Assembly: GCA_035324355.1 (NCBI GenBank)
Contig: DAOLBU010000002.1
Coordinates: 1 to 51,197, forward strand
Length of the DNA: 51,197 nt
Direction of reading: 5' to 3'
Origin: Minisyncoccota bacterium
Lineage (GTDB): Bacteria; Patescibacteriota; Minisyncoccia; Phycocordibacterales; UBA918
In this document: piece by piece, positions 45,192 through 51,197 of the stretch
Position numbering within the stretch: position 1 is the first letter of the stretch
How the letters are laid out: every line of letters begins with the position of its first letter
The notes under the pieces: model-generated
Told to the model about the DNA's origin: nothing
The model's database searches: none
Seen by the model: only the letters and a program-made list of their open reading frames with translations
Translations under genes and position numbers: made by a program

Positions 45192-46622
45192 ATGAGTAAA
45201 AAATATATAACAACGATTGGGCTAGAGGTCCACGTTGAGTTAAACACGAAGAGTAAAATGTTTTGTGGTTGCCAAAACGACCCACATGCCGCAGTAGCCA
45301 ACTCACTGACTTGTCCAATTTGTTTAGCGCACCCGGGAACCTTACCTGTACCCAACACAGAAGCTGTCGCTAAAGTGATGATGTTTGGGGAAGCGGTGGG
45401 AGCGACTAGAGCTACTTACTCAGAATTTGATCGGAAGAATTATTTTTATCCGGACATCCCTAAGGCCTACCAGATTAGTCAGTATGCTTTTCCATTTCTC
45501 AAAGGCGGGTCCATTAATAATGTAGAACTAACTCGAGTACATTTAGAAGAGGATACAGCCCGAAGTCAGCACGACCATTCGGGTAAAAGTTTAGTGGACT
45601 TTAACCGAGCCGGAGTACCTCTGATGGAGCTGGTGACAGAACCGGTAATTCACGACTCGAAGACCGCGGTTGATTTTGCCAGAGAACTACAATTACTCTT
45701 ACGAACTATTGGCATCTCTTGTGCTCAAATGGAAAAAGGGGAGATGCGGGTTGAAGCCAATATTTCTGTCAGTGACACCGACGAATTAGGAGTTAAGGTT
45801 GAGGTCAAAAATCTCAATTCATTCCGGTCCGTCGAAAGTGCGATCGCTTTTGAAGTTGAACGACAAATTAAAGTGCTTGAGAGCGGGGGGCAGCTTATCC
45901 AAGAAACCAGAGGCTGGGATGAAGTGAAGCAAAGAACCTTCTCTCAAAGAAGCAAGGAAACAGCAAAAGACTACCGATACTTCCCTGATCCAGACTTAAC
46001 GAAGATGGATATGACTAAGAGTGAGTATCATAGTCAATCTCGGATGAACGAGATTTTGCCTAAACTACCTAATAAAAAAAGGCTAGAATATGAAAATATC
46101 GGCATAACGAGTAATCAGATAGAAGTAATAATTAGCAATGAAAAAATTGATAGCTACTTCTCCTCACTCTTAGGAATACTAAATGATGACAGACCTTCAA
46201 TAAAATTAGCAGCTAACTATCTTACATCTGATGTCTTGGCAGAACTAGGAGAGTCTGAAGACAAGCAAATAGTATTAGCTGCAGTCAACTTTGCTGAGCT
46301 GATGAAAATGACCTCTACATCCTTAATTAACTCAAGAATCGCCAAGGATTTGCTTAAAGAATTGTTATTTACGGACGGAAATCCTAAGCTAATAGCTAGT
46401 GAAAGAGGTCTCCTGCAGTCCTCTGATCCAACCGAGTTGCAAGCTTTTGTAGACGAAGTGATCGGAGAGAACCAGTCAGTAGTTAATGAGTACTACGCCG
46501 GAAAGGAATCATCGGTGCAGTATCTAATTGGTCAGGCAATGAAAAAGTCGAAAGGTTCAGCCAATCCAGGTACTTTGGCTAGTTTGTTTAAAACTACTCT
46601 TGAGAGATCTCGGCCGAGTTAA
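45192..46622 (+). CDS. gatB: Asp-tRNA(Asn)/Glu-tRNA(Gln) amidotransferase subunit B
   Basis: IGLEVHVELNTKSKMFCGC, YFYPDIPKAYQISQY, NRAGVPLMELVTEP, MRVEANISV and DYRYFPDPDL. Confidence 0.95.
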   Translation: MSKKYITTIGLEVHVELNTKSKMFCGCQNDPHAAVANSLTCPICLAHPGTLPVPNTEAVAKVMMFGEAVGATRATYSEFDRKNYFYPDIPKAYQISQYAFPFLKGGSINNVELTRVHLEEDTARSQHDHSGKSLVDFNRAGVPLMELVTEPVIHDSKTAVDFARELQLLLRTIGISCAQMEKGEMRVEANISVSDTDELGVKVEVKNLNSFRSVESAIAFEVERQIKVLESGGQLIQETRGWDEVKQRTFSQRSKETAKDYRYFPDPDLTKMDMTKSEYHSQSRMNEILPKLPNKKRLEYENIGITSNQIEVIISNEKIDSYFSSLLGILNDDRPSIKLAANYLTSDVLAELGESEDKQIVLAAVNFAELMKMTSTSLINSRIAKDLLKELLFTDGNPKLIASERGLLQSSDPTELQAFVDEVIGENQSVVNEYYAGKESSVQYLIGQAMKKSKGSANPGTLASLFKTTLERSRPS

Positions 46623-46652
46623 GTTGATTTTAATATACACACCTAAGTAATT

Positions 46653-46676
46653 AGCCAGTGAACAAACTGGCTTTTT
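46653..46676 (+). terminator. rho-independent terminator
   Basis: AGCCAGT / ACTGGCT 7-bp stem with a 6-nt loop, followed by a T-run (CTTTTT). Confidence 0.7.
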
Positions 46677-46687
46677 GCTGTTATACT
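46659..46687 (+). promoter_or_regulatory. sigma70-like promoter candidate (TGAACA-17-TATACT)
   Basis: The -10 at 46682-46687 ends 7 nt before ATG 46695, with no Shine-Dalgarno sequence in between. Confidence 0.35.
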
Positions 46688-46694
46688 TACGTGC

Positions 46695-47621
46695 ATGAAA
46701 GGAGTCACTATTGACGGAGTAGAATACTTGCCTGCAACTAGTCTGGCTAAGCAGTTTCGATATACAACAGATTATATCGGTCAGCTCTGTCGAGCAAAGA
46801 AAGTCGATGCCAAATTAGTAGGGCGTACTTGGTACGTTAACCCGTTATCATTAACGAAGCATAAAACCGCTCGATACAAGAAGGTAGAGCCAGCCGAGAA
46901 AACTACTGAAATAGCTAAAGAAATAACATTATCTCGGACAGAAGTGAATCCGGAAATATTTGTCAGTAAGCATCAAAAACTACAACCAACGCAACAGCCA
47001 CATTTTTCTCGCCGCATTGATTGGAAGCCTTTAAAATACGAAGCAGATGAAGTTGAGCTTTTACCTAAAATGACTCGCCCGGATGCTATTCCTCATAAAA
47101 TAAAGCTTAATCTAGCAGAAGCTACATCTATTTCAGTAAAAAACAGCTCTAAAGATGAGAAAATGGTCGCGGATGAACTACCAGCCGTTTCGCTAAGAGG
47201 CAAGCTGACTATTGAGTCTCTCAATGATAGTTTTGCCGAAACTGCAGAGACAGCTGTTCCGGAAACACCACTTTCAGAAGCAAATAATATCGCAGAAAAT
47301 ATAGTCAGTTTGTTAAATATTCCGCCCTCTGCACCCAAGCGCTACATTCATTACCCTGCAAAATTAAATTCCAGTGTGTCACTGATACCTACAAGACAAA
47401 CCCGTGCTAAAACTACCACCGCTACTGTTCCTGTAGTTGAGGCGAAATCAGGGAGAGGTCTCGAGGTACTACTTCTGACGAGTACAACAGTTTTGGCTGG
47501 TTGCTTGTTTTTACTTTTATTTGGTGAACTTAACTTAAACGCCCGACCAGGATCTTATGAGTGGGAATTTATTTTTTCTACTCAGTCACTGCCGGCGCTT
47601 GTCTCCCTTTTTTCACAGTAA
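46695..47621 (+). CDS. membrane-anchored protein with an N-terminal excisionase/MerR-type HTH (HTH_17-like) domain
   Basis: N-terminus YLPATSLAKQFRYTTDYIGQLCRAKKVDAKLVGRTWYV matches the HTH_17 pattern (..GR.W.I/V). A single TM helix lies near the C-terminus (VLLLTSTTVLAGCLFLLLFG). Confidence 0.55.
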   Translation: MKGVTIDGVEYLPATSLAKQFRYTTDYIGQLCRAKKVDAKLVGRTWYVNPLSLTKHKTARYKKVEPAEKTTEIAKEITLSRTEVNPEIFVSKHQKLQPTQQPHFSRRIDWKPLKYEADEVELLPKMTRPDAIPHKIKLNLAEATSISVKNSSKDEKMVADELPAVSLRGKLTIESLNDSFAETAETAVPETPLSEANNIAENIVSLLNIPPSAPKRYIHYPAKLNSSVSLIPTRQTRAKTTTATVPVVEAKSGRGLEVLLLTSTTVLAGCLFLLLFGELNLNARPGSYEWEFIFSTQSLPALVSLFSQ

Positions 47622-47696
47622 ATTTTCATCTTAGTTATCAACATAAAATAACTAAGTTAAAACCAGTTATAGCTTTATAATTAAAGTTATAACAGC

Positions 47697-48509
47697 ATGT
47701 CTGAGTCATTTGAAATTAACGGTATTTCTTTTCTTCCTATCAAGGATGCGGCTAAGCTCGTCTCTTACTCTCGAGACTACGTAGCTCGGCTGGCACGTGA
47801 GAAAAAAATCGTAGCTTCACAAATTGGTCGCCAGTGGTTTATTGATGTCGTCTCACTCAAGAGTTTTGCTGAAGCAGCAATTTTGGAGCAATCAGTCCGT
47901 CAGCAGTATTTGAGTTCGCAGCGGAAACGTGAGCAGTCGCTCCGGGAGGAAATGAACGCTATCAAAAAATCTTTCAAGGGTAGAAGTCGTACGATTCACC
48001 GTCAGGCGCAACTTGTCTCTTGTTTGGCTCTGGTGTTTGGTTTGCTTGCTGGTACCGGTCTTTTTACATTTTCATCATTATCTTTTTATTCAGGACAAAC
48101 CTTCGAACCTTTAGCCGTGGCTGAGCAGGGTCCAGCATCAGGAAGTTCAGATTCACGCGAATCCGAGTCTTACCTAGTCAGCCATGAAAATTTGACTTTA
48201 GCGCAGGCTGAGCCGCAAGTCATGACGGTGTTAAATAGTGTTTCCGACAAGCCGGTCTTTGCAGATGAGACTGAAGTTAGAGAGTTGTCTGAGGTTGATA
48301 CTAAAGGCATTTTCTTGCTACCGCGAAATGGACAGATACAAGATATCGAAAAAGTACGAGCGATGTTTTCTGACGATTTAAATATTAAATTTATTGATGA
48401 TAGTACTGGAGTCATAGTTTATTTTAAAGAAAACGGGGAACGGATTGAATTTCCTTTTGTGTCTGTGCCTCTTCATGACGAGACTACAGTTAAGGCTGAG
48501 AACCAATAA
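47697..48509 (+). CDS. membrane-anchored protein with an N-terminal excisionase/MerR-type HTH (HTH_17-like) domain (paralogue of 46695..47621)
   Basis: N-terminus FLPIKDAAKLVSYSRDYVARLAREKKIVASQIGRQWFI. TM helix LVSCLALVFGLLAGTGLFTF at about aa 105-125, followed by a ~140-aa C-terminal domain. Confidence 0.55.
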   Translation: MSESFEINGISFLPIKDAAKLVSYSRDYVARLAREKKIVASQIGRQWFIDVVSLKSFAEAAILEQSVRQQYLSSQRKREQSLREEMNAIKKSFKGRSRTIHRQAQLVSCLALVFGLLAGTGLFTFSSLSFYSGQTFEPLAVAEQGPASGSSDSRESESYLVSHENLTLAQAEPQVMTVLNSVSDKPVFADETEVRELSEVDTKGIFLLPRNGQIQDIEKVRAMFSDDLNIKFIDDSTGVIVYFKENGERIEFPFVSVPLHDETTVKAENQ

Positions 48510-48517
48510 TCACCAGT

Positions 48518-51197
48518 ATGTTAGGTTCTTTTTACAAAACAAAAACCCTCCTCCTCTGCCTTTTCTCTATCAGTTTATTATTAAACCCACTTTTTGCTTT
48601 TTCCCAAATAAATCCCCAAATTAATTATCAAGGTAAGTTAACCAATCCTTCTGGCGTGGCTGTACCAGACGGTTTGTACAACATGAATTTTTGGTTGGTG
48701 CCCACTGAAGTTGGGGCCACCTCAACTGCCATTTGGAGTGAGACACGCATTGGTGGAGACAGGGTCCAGGTCACTAATGGTTTGTTTTCGGTCATGCTCG
48801 GAGAGGTAAGCACCCTTACGGGAGTAGACTTTAACCAAACACTTTATCTTGGTGTCGAAATCGGTGGCACTGGTACACCGACCTGGGATGGTGAGATGAG
48901 TCCTCGAAAAATATTAGGAGCTGTTCCGGCCGCTTTTGAGGCCAAGAATGCTCAGACCTTGGGCGGTATTGCTACTTCATCTTTCCTCCGTTCCGATGAG
49001 GTAGACGTAATGTCGGCCACTTCAAGTTCGCCAATACTTTCTATAATTCAAAATGGTGCTGGTAAGATTTTTAGTTTATTTAGTGGCGTGACAGAATTTT
49101 TTACCGTTTTAGGAAACGGCAACGTTGGTATAGGTACCACTACCCCCCTAGCAAAACTTGATGTCCAAGGTATAGCGGGAGCCGACCCGGCTTTCCGAGT
49201 GTCTTCATCAACAAACTCCACGATGTTCACGATTAATGCAAACGGCAACGTTGGTATCGGCACCACTACTCCTGTTGCAAGAATTCATGCCCAGTCCGGT
49301 ACGTCAACTCAAGTAGCAATAATAGCTCAGATGGCGGCGGGTCAGACAGCCTCTCCGTTTGAGGTGCGTGATAGTTCGGGTAACACTCTTATTGGTGTGA
49401 TACCAACTGTAAATGTTGGAGTTCTTAGGGTTCATCGTCCAGGAATACCGAGTCAATATATTGAACTCCAGGGAGGAGGTGGTTCGTTTGGTTCGCTTAT
49501 CTCTTTTGAAGGACTGTCAAGAATTCAAGGTCGTTCTGGTGGTATGCTCATAGGTCCAGAGACCTCGTCTGATTATCGTTGGCACTTCGGAGACTCAATG
49601 TTAAGTCGTCAGACATTGACCGTAACTTCTGGTGACCCAACATCTAACCGTGCAGTTGACGGACACCATCTTATTGTTAGAGGTGGTAATGCAAACACTG
49701 CAATGGGAACCGATAGAGACGGTGGAAATTTGTATTTACGAGGTGGACTGAAGAAAGGTGGCGGGACAGATGGTTTTGTTATTTTTGACCAGGGTAATGT
49801 CGGTATTGGTACCACCACTCCAGGTTCACTATTCTCGGTTACAGGTACTTCAACGCTGCAAAACATTCTCCCACAAGGTCCTTACACTGAAAACATGTCT
49901 AACTATAGTATCGGTGCTTCAAACGCACGATGGAGTCAAATGTGGGCAGAGACATACAATGTCGGTACTTCTACCTGGTCTATCGCTGCTACTGGTAGTG
50001 ATAGATTTGCGATCTTTAGTGGAGCCAGTAAGTCAGGAACAGAAGCACTTTCGATTTTATCTAGTAACCGTTATGTCGGTATCGGTACTTCCAATCCCGG
50101 CGTTAAGCTTGAAGTAGTTGGAGATATTATTTCTAAGGGCACAGAGTGGACAGCTCGGAGTGCACCTACATATGTAATGTACAGCGTAGCATATGGTAAT
50201 GGTTTGTTCGTGGCGGGTGGTGCTTCTATGATCTTAACTTCTCCGGATGGATTAAATTGGTCGACCACTACTGTAGACCACTCTGCCAATTGGTTTGGGG
50301 TTGCATATGGTAATGGTTTGTTTGTGTTGGTAGATATAAACAATGGACACGTCGCCACATCCCCAAATGGGGCTGACTGGGCGACTTCAACTCCTGTTGC
50401 TGGTAAGTACTGGTTTGGTACCGCTTACGGTCAAGGTAAGTTTGTGGTGGTCGGTGAAGACGATGATTTAATTGATAATGTCATGACTTCATATGATGGT
50501 ATTAATTGGAAGGAGGACACAAGTGCAAATCCGGGTACTAACTGGAACTCTGTCACCTATGGAAATGGTGTATTTGTCGCAGTCAATTCAGGGAATACAA
50601 TGACTTCATTAGATGGCACAAATTGGATATCACGGAGTGGAGGTGCTGGTAATTTTGTCACCTACGGCAACGGTCTGTTTGTCTCCGTTGGCTCTAATTC
50701 AATCAGGACATCCCCCGATGGTATTAATTGGACAACGCGCACGTCCCCCGCTAATAATAATTGGCGTTCAGTTACCTACGGCAACGGCCTCTTTGTGGCA
50801 GTATCTAATAGCGGTACCGGCAACCGTGTCATGACCTCTCCTGATGGTATTAATTGGACCACTCGCGCTAGTGCGGAAGATAACTCCTGGCGGGGTGTCA
50901 CCTACGGCAACGGTTTGTTTGTGGCTGTTGCTTCTGATGGTACAAATCGTGTTATGACTTCGGGTAAAACTGAGTTGAATGTACTAGCGCATAATAATAT
51001 TTATCAAGGCGGTATGAGTATCTTTGGTAATGTTGGGATTGGTCTCGTAACACCAGAGTCTGAGTTTCATGTAGAGGGTACTATTCGTGCTTCTAATCTC
51101 GGTGGCGGGGCGACTACACTCAGTACTGATGCTAACGGTAACATTATTCGTACTCCTTCTGACGCTAATTTAAAAATAGCGGTGGTAGAATTGAATG
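48518..51197 (+). CDS. secreted tail-fibre-like surface protein (partial, 3' end outside the window) with an embedded 7-bladed beta-propeller
   Basis: My own translation shows the frame open from ATG 48518 to the window end (893 codons, no stop). It is absent from the ORF track. Signal peptide: MLGSFYKTKTLLLCLFSISLLLNPLFAFS. INYQGKLTN..GLFSVMLG module. Five GNVGIGTTTP-type motifs. The last codons (TPSDANLKIAVVELN) resemble the start of a peptidase S74 intramolecular chaperone domain. Confidence 0.78.
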   Translation, partial: MLGSFYKTKTLLLCLFSISLLLNPLFAFSQINPQINYQGKLTNPSGVAVPDGLYNMNFWLVPTEVGATSTAIWSETRIGGDRVQVTNGLFSVMLGEVSTLTGVDFNQTLYLGVEIGGTGTPTWDGEMSPRKILGAVPAAFEAKNAQTLGGIATSSFLRSDEVDVMSATSSSPILSIIQNGAGKIFSLFSGVTEFFTVLGNGNVGIGTTTPLAKLDVQGIAGADPAFRVSSSTNSTMFTINANGNVGIGTTTPVARIHAQSGTSTQVAIIAQMAAGQTASPFEVRDSSGNTLIGVIPTVNVGVLRVHRPGIPSQYIELQGGGGSFGSLISFEGLSRIQGRSGGMLIGPETSSDYRWHFGDSMLSRQTLTVTSGDPTSNRAVDGHHLIVRGGNANTAMGTDRDGGNLYLRGGLKKGGGTDGFVIFDQGNVGIGTTTPGSLFSVTGTSTLQNILPQGPYTENMSNYSIGASNARWSQMWAETYNVGTSTWSIAATGSDRFAIFSGASKSGTEALSILSSNRYVGIGTSNPGVKLEVVGDIISKGTEWTARSAPTYVMYSVAYGNGLFVAGGASMILTSPDGLNWSTTTVDHSANWFGVAYGNGLFVLVDINNGHVATSPNGADWATSTPVAGKYWFGTAYGQGKFVVVGEDDDLIDNVMTSYDGINWKEDTSANPGTNWNSVTYGNGVFVAVNSGNTMTSLDGTNWISRSGGAGNFVTYGNGLFVSVGSNSIRTSPDGINWTTRTSPANNNWRSVTYGNGLFVAVSNSGTGNRVMTSPDGINWTTRASAEDNSWRGVTYGNGLFVAVASDGTNRVMTSGKTELNVLAHNNIYQGGMSIFGNVGIGLVTPESEFHVEGTIRASNLGGGATTLSTDANGNIIRTPSDANLKIAVVELN
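50138..50965 (+). repeat. seven tandem ~40-aa coding repeats (propeller blades; Asp-box-like SPDGINW + YGNGLFVAV)
   Basis: Seven YGNG(L/V/K)FV cores, six of them followed by S(P/L/Y)(D/N)G..W. The DNA-level repeat ACCTACGGCAACGG(T/C)(C/T)T(G/C)TTTGT occurs at about 50660, 50777 and 50900, and GATGGTATTAATTGGAC at about 50718, 50843 and (shorter) 50494. Confidence 0.7.

Noticed and set aside
48628-50834. Six short ORFs from the track inside the last 2.6 kb: minus strand 48628..48813, 49048..49266, 49609..49866, 50071..50358; plus strand 49758..50117, 50613..50834.
   Set aside because: All lie in other frames or antisense within the long open frame that starts at 48518. That frame has a signal peptide, recognisable motifs and repeat structure, whereas the short ORFs have no recognisable features.
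49115-51055. Repeated 30-nt strings (AACGGCAACGTTGGTAT.GG.ACCAC..) that could suggest a CRISPR array or tandem repeat.
   Set aside because: The repeats are in frame and encode the GNVGIGTTTP motif. They are imperfect and irregularly spaced (126 to >900 bp). No cas genes are present.
46695-51197. Prophage remnant hypothesis (excisionase-like HTH proteins plus a tail-fibre-like gene).
   Set aside because: No integrase, terminase, capsid, portal, baseplate or lysis genes, and no att-like repeats, are visible. The HTH proteins carry TM anchors and the fibre-like protein has a Sec signal peptide. This points to cellular surface proteins, although the downstream context is outside the window.

Overview
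This is a 51.2-kb, densely coded, AT-leaning window with about 50 genes and short or overlapping gaps. It uses the standard genetic code: TGA acts as a stop at 26081-26083 and 28600-28602. I recognised no rRNA, tRNA, CRISPR array, transposase or integrase. The layout has four parts. (i) 0-7.9 kb holds housekeeping and envelope genes: rsmI, a DUF4015-type putative glycoside hydrolase, a soluble VirD4/TraD-like ATPase with a long disordered tail, a lamin-tail-domain/PKD surface protein, and yvcK. (ii) 7.9-39.8 kb is a ~32-kb surface-glycan island. It carries about 10 glycosyltransferases (GT2, GT4-like, GT10, GT11, GT-D), 4 methyltransferases, a Wzx flippase and an O-antigen-ligase-like/TPR protein. 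It has three nucleotide-sugar branches: UDP (galE); GDP (gmd, fcl/colC-like, ColD-like 3-dehydratase); and CDP (rfbF, rfbG, RfbH-like 3-dehydrase, an acetolactate-synthase-like ThDP enzyme, an SDR, a sugar C-methyltransferase). (iii) 39.8-46.6 kb holds core genes: murB, a 45-aa Lys/Ala-rich basic protein missed by the ORF track, secA, a PF04020 membrane protein, obg and gatB. (iv) 46.7-51.2 kb holds two paralogous membrane-anchored HTH proteins followed by a tail-fibre-like protein of more than 890 aa. That protein has a signal peptide and a 7-bladed propeller, is open to the window end, and is absent from the ORF track. The gene content suggests an uncultivated, probably monoderm Patescibacteria/CPR-like bacterium; this is inference only. 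The most interesting points are: the predicted branched/dideoxy-hexose chemistry of the CDP branch, including an RfbH-like enzyme with too few cysteines for an Fe-S cluster; the co-occurring GT10 and GT11 fucosyltransferases; the orphan coupling-protein-like ATPase plus LTD protein pair; the HTH-TM/tail-fibre module; and a recurrent -10 box exactly 7 nt upstream of several start codons, which may indicate leaderless mRNAs.
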